The position numbers and the translations under genes were made by a program. Source: Eledone cirrhosa (lineage: Eukaryota). From it: a DNA stretch of 64,000 nucleotides. The notes below the pieces were generated by a model. That model saw only the letters and a program-made list of their open reading frames with translations. It did no database searches and was not told where the DNA came from. The stretch lies in the NCBI GenBank assembly GCA_964016885.1, contig OZ024741.1:304792001-304856000 (forward strand), given 5' to 3'. This document shows positions 53,591 through 64,000 of the stretch, piece after piece (the stretch's first letter is position 1; the number at the start of each line of letters is the position of its first letter).

Positions 53591-55209
53591 AGGTTAGTTT
53601 TATAAATAAATATTGACATACCCTTAAAAAATGCAACCATTCTGGTTGGAATATCCTGGGTAGTGGAGTTATTAGATTTATTGTTGGCAAATTAGTGTTG
53701 GAAAGGTTTAAACAGTATATTTAAATTAAGCCGTTGGAATAGGGAAAAAAAAGAAAAGAAAGAGAAAAATCGAAGGAAAAAAAGAAAGAAAGAGAGACAC
53801 CTGAGTATATTTTAGTGAGAGAGAATAGCGTAATTTTGAGGGAAGAGATGAAGAAAATAAATATAGAGTGGATGAATACCGTAGGATGGATAAATCAATA
53901 ACAAGTAATAACAGATACTAATCAAAAATATATAATGTGGATGAATACCAACTAATAACAGATACTAATAAAAAAAATAGATAAAAACAATAATAAAGTT
54001 AAGTTGGAGAATTTATCTAATGTTTAATTAATAATTTTTTATTAAATGTTTAATTAATAATTTATCAATTCAATCCGTAGTTTAAATGTTTAAATGTGTA
54101 TGTTCGGTGGATTGGCAGTATCAGTAGAGGGTCGGAAGCCATGCTTTGACGCAAAGAGTTATGTCCCTTTATGATCTGATTTCAAATCCCGCCGAGGTTA
54201 ACTTTGCCTTTCATCCTTACGAGGTCGATAAAATAAAGTACCAGTAATGTACTGGGTAATTGCTGGCCTTGTGCCAAAAGTAGAAAAATTATATTATTAT
54301 TAGAGAATATATATTATTAAAAATTATATTATTAAAGAATATATATTATTAAAAAAACAGTATATTTAAATTAAGCCGTTGGAATAGGGAAAAACGAAAG
54401 AAAGAAAGAGAGAAACCTGAGTATATTTTAGTGAGAGAGAATAGCGTAATTTTTAAGGGAGGATGCGAAGAAACAATATAGCGTGGATGAATACTAATAA
54501 CAACCAATAACAGATACTAATAAAAAATGGATAAAGCTAAGTTGAAGAATTTATCTAATGTTTAATTAATAAATTTGATTAAATGTTTAATTAATAATTT
54601 ATCAATTCAATCCATAGTTTAAATGCTTAAATGTGTATGTTATATTATTAAAGTTGAGACCTATATATTATTATTAAAGAATATATATTATTAAAAAATA
54701 TGTTATTATTAAAAAACCAAATATAATTTTTTTATTATTAATTAATTAATTAATTAATTATTTTAAAAAAATTTTAAGTTTAAAATATTTGAATATTTCT
54801 AAGCTCATGGAATTTCTGAAAGTTTGCCGAAGAATAATCACTTATATGTAATAGCAATAGAGCGTAAGGAAATTGCTAGCAATCAATAATAATTAAGATA
54901 GCTCTAAGGATTAAATGTTATAAAGTTAAGATGTTAAAAAATTTTAATTATCCATCTTAACAGTGTAATTATAGCATGAATTTTATGTTATTTTATATCA
55001 AGTTATAAAATCATAACTCAGCCTGTCATACAGTTATGACTGTTAAAACTTAAATTTTTTTCCTATAACGTGTTAGCATTTAAAAAATTCAAAAAATTCA
55101 TTCATTGGAATATATCCAAAGCATAAACCACAAAAAAATACATATGTATTCCAACCAGAATGGTTGCATTTTTTAAGGGTATGTCAATATTTATTTATAA
55201 AACTAACCT

Positions 55210-55286
55210 ATATTATATTTTATCTGATGAAAGCGCACTATAGTTTGCTTTGGTGGCCCTTGAAATATGTATAATGAAATAAATAT
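55210..55286 (+). ncRNA. Minimal type I hammerhead ribozyme motif
   Basis: AUUUUAU-CUGAUGA-AAG..CUU-GAAA-UAUGUA-UA-AUGAAAU; stem I AUUUUAU/AUGAAAU, quasi-palindromic stem III, AUA site. Confidence 0.7.
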
Positions 55287-55411
55287 GGTTTTATAAATAT
55301 AGTTTCCATTTGTTAATATATTGTATATTTACTCCAATAATTTGTTGAGTGCTTTATATCAGTTATAAAAATATTTAGCTTGATGTATCCCAACAAATTA
55401 ATATAGCCTCT

Positions 55412-55488
<77 letters not shown>

Positions 55489-56070
55489 TAATAAGAAACA
55501 CGCGCACCAGTTGCTTCCACTTCAATTTATTATAATAAATTTATAAATTTAGGAATTTATAAATTTCCGGTTGGTTGGTTCCACAACCAGATGATTGTTT
55601 ATATATTGTCAAAGTTCTTTCGTCACACATTCTGTGACCTCTTCAGTAGTAACTGGGGATTCTTTTCTTTGTTTTTGTGCCTCTCTTTTGTTCTGTCCTA
55701 CGCCATCTTGTTTTTGTGTGTGTGTTGTGTGCTTAGTTTGCGCATGTGTTACATCCAGGTGTCTGTGTGTGTTTATATTCGTTTATTTATTTGTTTATTT
55801 ACATGTCACTGGTTGGTTGTTTTTTCTATGTGCGTGTGTGTTTTCATTTTGTCCTTAATTGTAAGTTGTGATGTTGCTGTTCCATTCATGAGGAGAGGCA
55901 CAAAAACAAAGAAAAGAATCCCCAGTCACTGAAGAGGTCACAGAATGTGTGACAAAAGAACTTTGACAATATATAAACAATCATCTGGTTGTGGAACCAA
56001 CCAACCGGAAATTTATAAATTTATTATAATAAATTGAAGTGAAAGCAACTGGTGCGTGTGTTTCTTATTA
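55489..56070. repeat. Inverted repeat, ~180-195-bp arms (55489-55685 / 55893-56070), with a degenerate hammerhead motif
   Basis: Arms mirror each other; GUCA-CUGAAGA-G-GUCACA..UGUGAC-(G/A)AAA-GAAC-UU-UGAC. Confidence 0.85.
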
Positions 56071-56463
56071 GCAACATGACCCTCCCAAAGTATAACAATA
56101 TCGGTTTCAACACACGTTTTCAGATAAAGAATCTTGCTAAACAAATTCAGAAATGAAATATATATAGATAAATCTACCAAAATATATGGTAGTGTCCAAT
56201 CCGTATGAAGAACTCAATGTAATCCAAATATCATGAAAAGAGAAGATGCATTCAAAAATTTTCGATGAAAATCATAGGAAAACAGAGTCAAGATAAATTT
56301 TAAAAATTTTCTTTACAAATTAAAGATAATATCCCCCAAAATTTTTTACTATCCTAGAGAAAAACTTCCCGCCAAACCATAAATATCATCAAATTTTAAA
56401 TAGATCAACTGTCAAATTTTCCTACTCCACTACCAAAAATATACAACAAAATATAAGTGTGTA

Positions 56464-56464
<1 letters not shown>

Positions 56465-56495
<31 letters not shown>

Positions 56496-59400
56496 ACGTT
56501 TAACATCCGTGTTCCATGCTTGCATGGGTTTGGACGGGGGTTTTCCCATTTGAGGCAAGAGTGATTGTCTTGCTCGCATAGGACTGTCTGGCAGGTTTTC
56601 TACAGTTGGATGCCCTTCCTAACACCAACCACATTTACAGTGTGGGTCTGGGAGGTTTTTACCGTGTTGCTTACACGGCCACATTACAGCGTGGACTGTG
56701 TGTTTTTTTGTCGTGACACCTACACGATCTCATTTGTTTCGGCCTGGATGGTGTGGCACCAACATAACTTTACATAGAAGGGGGCGGTGTGGATACGGTG
56801 GGGGTGGTGGGACGGGGGTGTATTTTGTTAGAGATGCCTACTGACTGTAGTAGGTTTTACTATGTATTTAGGTAAGGCGGGTCTTCTCTATTACTGAGTA
56901 CCGCCAAAGGTCTCGATCCAGTGACATTGTCTTGGAGAGGTGTAAGTGTGTGAGGTCGGAGTTTATCAGCTCGTCCCAGGTTTTTCTGGGTCTGCCTATT
57001 CCGTGGCTACCGTCTATCTTTATTGCCCTGCACTTTGTTATACAGCTATCGTCTTTCATGCGCATCACGTGTCCATACCAACGTAGCCTTCTCTCGAGTA
57101 AACAACATCTGATCCCTCTTATTTCTAATTTTTTCCTTAGTTCGTTTATGCTTTGCCGTTCACGTATATTACTATTACACATCCAGCGGAGCATGCAAGC
57201 TTCGTTCCTCTCTAGTCTGCGTATATCCTCTGCACACAATGCCCAGATCTCACTGCCATGCAACATTGCTGTTCGTATGCAGGCATCATACAACCTGCCT
57301 TTCATTTTTAGGGAGAACCCTTTAGCGGCTAATAGTGGTATAAGCTCTCTGGACTTTTTCCATCCAGTTCTGACTCTAGCTACTGTACTTTCAGAGCACC
57401 CTCCCCCACTGCTGATTTTGTCACCCAGGTAACGGAAGCTGTCCATTATTTCTATAGAGCCCTCTGCGCAGTTGAAAGAGCTAGTATTTTGTGGGCACTT
57501 GCTGCTACTTATTGCATCAGAGCACCGGCCACATGTGAAATCTATGTTCTTAGTTAGCTTACCTGTGATCCCACTACATCTTTTATGCACCCATACTTTG
57601 CATTTCGGACACAAAATGTAGTTTCTACCTACTCCTTTCCTACACACTGAGCATGGCCACTTCCCGGAAGGGACCGCCGCCTTATTTTCTTTCCTACAAA
57701 CTAGAACTTTGGTCTTAGCCAGGTTAATTTTAAGGCCTTTTGATTCTAGGCCGTGCTTCCATGTTTGGAATTTCTTCTCTAGCTCGGCCATTGATTCAGC
57801 TATGAGTGTTAGGTCGTCTGCGTATAGGAGTTCCCATGGGCAGCCGGTCTTGAACTCCTCTGTTATAGCCTGAAGGGCAATAATAAATAGTAGGGGGCTG
57901 AGAACAGAGCTCTGATGGACGCCAACTTTTACGCTAAACTCTTCACTATATTCATTGTTAATTCTAACCTTGCTGACTGTTTCTTTATACATGGCTTGTA
58001 TAGCTCTCACAAGCCATTCGTCAACACCTAGTTTTCTTAGAGCCCACCAGATAATGGAACGGGGGACTCTGTCGAAGGCTTTCTCCAAGTCGACAAAAGC
58101 TAAGTATAGGGGTTTACTTTTAGTTAGGTACTGCTCCTGTAGTTGTTGTACAATGAAAAGAGCATCTGTGGTACTTTTGCCTGACACAAACCCGAACTGC
58201 ATTTCATCGAGGTCAATTCTCTCTCTGATTAGTTGCGCTATTACTTTTTCCGTGACCTTCATGACCTGGTCGATTAATTTAATGCCTCTATAGTTACTCC
58301 TATCTAGGGCATCTCCTTTACCCTTATAACAGTTAACGATGATGCTGCTACGCCAGTCCTTCGGAACAACCCCATTCTGTACGACTTAGTTAACTATCTG
58401 GGTGACCATGGTGTGTCCCACCGTGCCAGATGCCTTCAGCATCTCAGCAACTATTTCCGAAGGCCCAGCTGCCTTACCCGTCTTCATATCCTTGATTGCC
58501 TTACTTATTATACTACTCTCGACTAACACTGCCGGTCCCTCTATTGGGTCGATGTGGGGGAGACTGTCTTTCTCCCATTTATTCTCCTCATTTAGTAGCC
58601 TTTCATAGTGACACTTCCAAGCTACCTTCTTATCAGCGTCGGTGATGGCAAGTACGCCGTCATCATTAAGTACACACTTCTCCCCGACAATATCACGGTT
58701 TTCCTTGACACATTGCCTAGCAATCCTGAACACCTCACGTTTTTGGTCCTCGCATTGTAGAACATGCTTGAACTTTCTTTCCTCTGCTTCCCTTCTTGCG
58801 AAGTACACTTGTCTCCTAGCTTCCCTCCTGGCCACTTGATAGTCTTCTCTACTTCCCCCATCCCGCCATACTTTCCAAGCCTGCTTTTTGGCCTTAATTG
58901 ACCCCTCCACCTTACTGTTCCACCACCATGTTACTCTCCTCCTGCCTACAGGCCTGCTCCAGCCACAGACTTCGTCTGTCGCCATCAGCAGGTTTGCTTT
59001 CAGGAATTCCCACTGTTCCTCTATATTGTACGACTCTAATTGCTCTTCCTTACTGTCGAAAGCATCAAGTAGTATGCTTTTAAATTTATTTCTGGCTGTG
59101 GGGTCCTTTAGCTTCCATATTTTTCTCCTGAGGATAGTCCTCTTCTGTTGTCTAGTACGTCTCGTCCTGACTATTAGGTCGCTAATTATCAGTCTATGTT
59201 GAGAGGTGCATTCTTCATGGGGGAGGGATTTAGTGTTTACAACAGACACTCTGTCACGTCTTCTGGTAAGGATATAATCTACCTGGCTTGTGTGTTCCCC
59301 GGATCTATAGGTGATCAGGTGATTGTCACATTTTTTGAAGTTAGTGTTACAGATAGTTAGGTTATTTGCGTCACAGAATTCCAGGATTCTGGAGCCTTCC

Positions 59401-60195
59401 TCATTTCTAGTATCAAACCCATAGCCTCCATGGATTTCGTCGTAGCCGTCACAATGTTGTCCAACGTGACCATTTAGGTCACCTGCAATAATTATATAGT
59501 CACTGTCGGTTATTTGGGAAGTAGTGAGCATCAGTGTCTCATAGAATCTGTCTTTTATAGTGCCGGGCAGTTCAGATTGGGGTGCGTACGCAGATATTAC
59601 TGTCACCGTAGTTCTATTGAGGACAAGTCTTATTTTAATTATTCTGTCGTTCACTCTATTTACGTCTATTATCTTAACTGCCCACTTTTCTGCTACCATG
59701 ATTCCTACTCCACCCAGCCCATCGTCATTTCCCACCCAGAAAAGCTTATAGCATCGTTTTTTACCCTCAATGAATCTAGCAGACCCACCCCTCCACCTGG
59801 TCTCTTGAATACAACAAACATCGACCTCCTTACGTTCGAGCATTTCTACAACCTCGTTAGAGCGACCCTTTAAGGTGCCTACATTCATGGTACCAACTCT
59901 GAAGTTTTGGATTGCGTTTGGAGGGTGGGAGCGGGGGGAGATGGGGTTATGTTAGCCATCCGCGGCCGAAACAAAGAGGAGTGCTCGCATTCTCGTCCAC
60001 GAGGTGAATTTGTCTTTATCTTTGGCATTGTCGCTGAGCGTCCAGATTTTTCTCTCTTCCACTCTCCAGAATTCCGTAGTCCATCCATCATATAGTAGGA
60101 GCGGGAGTTTAGCGTTTTCGAAGTCACAAATATATTTAAAAGAATTTATAAGAAGAAGAAGGATTTTGTTTTGTTTTGAAAATACGATAGAATTA
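56465..60195 (-). mobile_element. Near full-length RTE LINE (family 1)
   Basis: (CAT)n tail at 56465, ~370-bp 3' UTR, APE-RT ORF, 5' leader; exact 5' end uncertain. Confidence 0.95.
56868..59888 (-). pseudogene. RTE ORF: APE endonuclease + RT + Cys/His-rich finger (~1006 codons), one internal stop at 58386-58388
   Basis: NVGTL, CIQETRW, SAYAPQ, GDLNGH, VDYIL, SQHRL; FVDLEKAFD, LLYADD; the two listed ORFs are in frame and TAA corresponds to CAA in the 12.3-kb copy. Confidence 0.95.
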
Positions 60196-60760
60196 AGGAA
60201 TTAAGGTTGTGTTAGCGAGAAGGTAAGGTTTGAATGAGGTCCTCGTATTTAACAAGCGATAACAAAAATACAAGATTTGTTTTGTATAATACGACAAAAA
60301 CCTCGTATTTAACAAGCAATAACAAAAAATACAGATTTGTTTTGGAAAATACGACAAAACTACAGTAGGATTTGGCAAGATTGAATTCGGGGAAGAGAAA
60401 ATGCTATAGAATTGTCGGAGGGTTGGATTGGATACGAATGGAGTGTGGAAATGGTAGAAAAATGTGTACATTACGTTACATGATATACCGTGAAGAAAGC
60501 AGCGATGAATTTGGCGAATGTGATTTACTTGAAGGGTTTATCTTATATATATATAGATAGAGAGAGAGAGAGAGAGAGATGGGGGGGGAGGGTTGGCCGC
60601 ATGATGTAGATTGGGGTGGCTGACCGCGAACCCTCATGAAGTAGGGGAGGGGGAGAAGATAGTAGGAGCGTTAGTTTAGAGTTTTCGAAGTAAATATATT
60701 TAAAAGAATTTATAGGAAGAAGAAGGATTTTGTTTTGTTTTGAAAATACGATAGAATTTA
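60095..60760. repeat. ~100-bp direct repeat (60095-60195, 60661-60760) with an internal 60-bp tandem pair (60241-60360)
   Basis: AGTAGGAGCG..GTTTTCGAAGT..GGATTTTGTTTTGTTTTGAAAATACGATAGAATT twice; CCTCGTATTTAACAAGC twice. Confidence 0.9.
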
Positions 60761-61278
60761 CAATGCATATAAATGTAAAAAAACCCACGAATATACCACC
60801 AACACATCAAACCAACCATAATACTAAAATAAACCATCATCTCATTTTACGTCCACTTTTCCTGCTTGCAAGGGTGGGACGGGAACTGATTCTGGCTTGA
60901 TTTCTACAGCTGGATGCCCTTCCTAACACCAACCTCATTTACAGTGAGTGCTGGGTGCTTTTTTTCCCGTGGCACCTCCACGTCTACTTTACAGTGGAAT
61001 GATATGGATCCCAGTCCTATCATCTCATTTCTACAGCTGAGTAAACTGGAGCAATGTGAAATAAAGTGTCTTGCTCAAGGAAACAACACATCACCCGGTC
61101 TGAGAATTGAACTCACAACCTTTTGATTGCAAGCCCAATGCTCTAACCACTAAGCCATGTCCCACCCTTGCAAGTAGGGAAAAGTGGACGTAAAATGAAA
61201 TGATGATGATGATGATGAAACCGCAACAAACCACCATCTCCTTCACATATAACAAGTCGAGTAAATTCCACACCAAAT

Positions 61279-61720
61279 TTGACTAACTCCCCTGATATAA
61301 CATTCACGAATGGTTGTAACTATAGAAACAAAAGTAATTGCCCATTAAAGGGAAATTGTCTTATTAATAACATAGTATATAAATGTAAAATTAGCACTAA
61401 GGTCTCAACTTATTTATATATAGGAGCTACGTCTAACCAATTTAAAGTAAGATTTAATATCCACAAACATAGGTTTAAAAATGCTGCATTAGCTAATACA
61501 ACATCCTTGGCTGAAACAATTAATAATTATAGAAAAACGAATTGGAGTGTGCTCAAAAGGGCCACCCCTTATCAAAATAACAGATAAGAGTGTAGATTAT
61601 GCTCCCAGGAACTTTTTTAAATAATGAAATCTAAGGATATCCTATTAAATAAGCGACAAGAATTAATTATATCTTGCAATCATAGAATTAGAAGAACTTT
61701 CAAATATTATAAACCTAATT
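61279..61720 (+). pseudogene. Penelope-like element C-terminal GIY-YIG endonuclease remnant
   Basis: GCNYRNKSNCPLKGNCLINNIVYKC..YIGATSNQFKVRFNIHKHRF..TSL..WSVLKRATPY then CRLC.QE..LLNKRQE: PLE-type CPL.G.C + VY/YIG + CxLC motifs. Confidence 0.88.
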
Positions 61721-61861
61721 AATATACACCTTACACTTATATTTTACATATTATTATAATTATTTTTTTTAATTTAGTTAACTTATAATTAGTACTTTAC
61801 TACAGAGAACTTCATAATTTTATTTCCCTCTTACAGCTCTCTTTTCCTAAAATTAATACCT

Positions 61862-62190
61862 AAAAGTATACATATAAATTAATTTAATTTCCTGTTATGA
61901 ATCTAGATTCCTTGTAGTCTATATAAGATTGGTATTTCTCACTAATACATTTATCCAAAAATTCTATTTTCCTTCGTTTTTAACAACATTCTTTAATAAC
62001 ACCTAATTCTTATTTATCACATCCATATGAATTAATATAAATTTATCCCTATAAGTATACCTATCAATTAATTTAATTTCTTGTTATAGATCTAAATTCC
62101 TTGTGTTTTAAATAAGATTGGTATTTCTCACTAACACCTTTACCCTAAAATTTTATTCTCCTTCGGTTTTAACATTAACATTATTCTTTA
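61862..62190. repeat. ~190-bp tandem duplication in the PLE 3' region
   Basis: AAGTATAC..AATTAATTTAATTTC..ATAAGATTGGTATTTCTCACTAA twice. Confidence 0.8.
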
Positions 62191-62458
62191 ATAACATCAA
62201 ATTTTCGTGTACCCTTCACCGGCTTGACCTCTTTTCATCCCCAAAGTATTCTTTTCATTCAAAGTATTCTTTCCATTCAAAACTTAAGTCTGCATTCCTC
62301 TACCCCTAAATTAAATTTCTACTACTACTATTCTATCAACTTGACCTCTTACTACTTTTCTATTGGTCAATTCAAAACCTGTTCCCAAACAGACCTATTA
62401 TATTAAATCTTTGTTGTTTTTTTTTCAATAAACAAATATCATTATTTCTGAAGACAGC

Positions 62459-62584
62459 GGCCCTTGCCATTCTGAGTTCAAATCCCGCCGAGGTTAACTT
62501 TGCCTTTCATCCTTACGGGGTCGATAAAATAAAGTACCAGTAATACACTGGGTAATTGTTGGCCTTGTGCCTAACGTAGAAACA
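62459..62584 (+). mobile_element. 5'-truncated SINE with 18-bp TSD
   Basis: Same core as the 13.2-kb SINEs; ATTATTTCTGAAGACAGC at 62441-62458 and 62585-62602. Confidence 0.92.
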
Positions 62585-62718
62585 ATTATTTCTGAAGACA
62601 GCATATATATGTGAAGGTATGTATATTTCCTCTGATAGTTTGTAAAATTTTTACATAGATCTATATGATATACATACCAACACACATATATATCCTAGAA
62701 ACGATCGTAAAATGATGA
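62585..62718 (+). ncRNA. Type I hammerhead ribozyme with long stem II and palindromic stem III
   Basis: AUUAUUU-CUGAAGA-[AUAUAUAUGUG/CACAUAUAUAU and GGUAUGUAUAU/AUAUACAUACC helices]-GAAA-CGAUCG-UA-AAAUGAU; predicted cleavage after 62709. Confidence 0.8.
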
Positions 62719-62839
62719 ATTTTTTAATATAAGGAACTTGTTCTTTGTTTTTATTCATTGTTTTTATTAATTTATATATATATATATATATATATACAAA
62801 CACATGTGTATACATATACATGCGTATACACACATACAT

Positions 62840-63420
62840 ATCATCATCATCATCATCATCGTTTAAGGTCCATTTTCCACGCTAGCATGGGTCTGGACGG
62901 GAATTGTCCCACTTGAGGCAAGATTGGTTGTCTTGCTCAGGACTGTCTGGCGGGTTTTCTACGGCTGGATGCCCTTCCTAACACCAACCACGTTTACAGT
63001 GTGGACTGGGAGGTTTTTACCGTGTTACCTACACGGCCACATTACAGCATGGACTGTGTGTTTTATTGTCGTGACACCTACACGTCTAGCGCGTTTTCTA
63101 TGGCTGGGTGCCCTTCCCAACACCAACCACGTTTGCAGTGTGTACTGGGAGGTTTTTACCGTGTTACCTACACGGCCACATTACAGTGTGGACTGTGTGC
63201 TTTTTTGTCGTGACACCTACATGACCTCATTTGTTTCGGACTGGATGTTGTGGTACAACATAACTTCACATTTAAGGGGGTGGTGTGGATGGGGTGGGCG
63301 TAGTGGGACGGGGGTGTATTTTGTTAGAGGTGCCTACTGACTGTAGGTTTCGCTTTGTACTTAGGCAAGGTGGGTCTTCTGTATAACTGTGTAGCGCCAA
63401 AGATCTCGGTCCAGTGACAT
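62840..63420 (-). mobile_element. RTE family 1 3' end with an internal ~130-bp duplication
   Basis: GTTTTCTA.GGCTGG.TGCCCTTCC..GTGACACCTACA repeated from ~62954 and ~63094. Confidence 0.9.
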
Positions 63421-63437
63421 TATATATATATACATAT

Positions 63438-63490
<53 letters not shown>

Positions 63491-63567
63491 ACAAAGGAAT
63501 TGTGGTAGGGAACCAGATGAACCATAATGCTCCACAGTACTCAATACTTAGGGTAGTAGAGTGGAAA

Positions 63568-63684
63568 ATAGGAAAAAGTATGACCCCGATGGCAGAGCTC
63601 AAGCCATTTCGACGGCTATTTCTGGTCCAGAAATAGCCGTTGAAACGGCTTGAGCTCTGCCGTCGGGGTCATACATTTTCCTAT
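63568..63684. repeat. 117-bp near-perfect palindrome centred at 63626
   Basis: ATAGGAAAA.GTATGACCCCGA..GCTATTTCTGG T CCAGAAATAGC..TCGGGGTCATAC.TTTTCCTAT. Confidence 0.92.
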
Positions 63685-63812
63685 ATATATATTCAGAAGA
63701 TCCCGTTAAGGGTGAAAGCAGCGATTCTTTGCTTAAAATTTAATCTGTTATTTTAATAAATATATATATAACCCAGAGACCCTTCCCTACGAGTGTCGAC
63801 AAATGCCCAAAA

Positions 63813-64000
63813 CTCCGAGTTGGTACCATCAATGTAGGCTCAATGAAAGGAAGAGCAGGAGAAATCGTAGAAATGCTAGAGCAAAAGGAAATTGATGTAT
63901 GCTGTGTGCAAGAGACTAGATGGAGAGGAGAGTCTGCCAGAGTCCTGGTAGGAAAAAGTCGGTGCTACAAATTTTTCTGGGTGGGAAATGACGATGGGAT
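63813..64000 (+). mobile_element. Start of another RTE APE domain, cut by the window edge
   Basis: LRVGTINVGSMKGRAGEIVEMLEQKEIDVCCVQETRWRGESARVLVGKSRCYKFFWVGNDDG. Confidence 0.9.

Larger units (their letters stand above)
53472..55327. mobile_element. Non-coding Penelope-like unit with ~180-bp near-perfect inverted arms (53472-53653 / 55147-55327)
   Basis: Arms are near-identical reverse complements and each carries a hammerhead motif; the spacer holds a ~300-400-bp direct repeat (from 53710 and 54355) split by a SINE (~54125-54290). Confidence 0.8.

Noticed and set aside
52968-53597. Several 60-170 aa YIYI/CVCV ORFs
   Set aside because: Translations of (TA)n/(CA)n microsatellite
56932-59873. 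Plus-strand ORFs over the RTE
   Set aside because: Antisense shadows of the LINE coding strand
61095-61158. tRNA gene
   Set aside because: A/B boxes are the head of a SINE that recurs at 44160-44220; no complete cloverleaf

Overview
AT-rich, intron- and repeat-rich animal genomic DNA. The mix of RTE LINEs, SINEs and (TA)n/(CAT)n tracts suggests a mollusc, most likely a coleoid cephalopod (inference only). Two host genes are divergently arranged: the first coding exon (RRM1) of an IGF2BP/Imp gene on the minus strand (18453-18624), and ten phase-consistent exons of FBXL4 on the plus strand (26913-45264, 3' end not found in the window). The rest is mostly mobile DNA: a Ty3/Gypsy pol fragment, several RTE LINEs (one nearly intact at 56.5-60.1 kb), an R4/Dong-type and a CRE-type RLE retroposon, a Penelope-like GIY-YIG fragment, a Helitron 3' end, tRNA-derived SINEs, and TTAA- and TA-flanked MITEs. 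Two signals stand out. (1) The Gypsy pol fragment is bounded by 29-bp terminal INVERTED repeats and a 4-bp TSD, and a sense-orientation tRNA-Trp 3' end (reversed PBS) is fused directly to the truncated RT. (2) At 52-63.7 kb there is a cluster of type I hammerhead-ribozyme motifs in inverted-repeat, Penelope-like units; in one, the catalytic core was regenerated by the TSD of a SINE that inserted into it. All calls were made by eye with no database searches.
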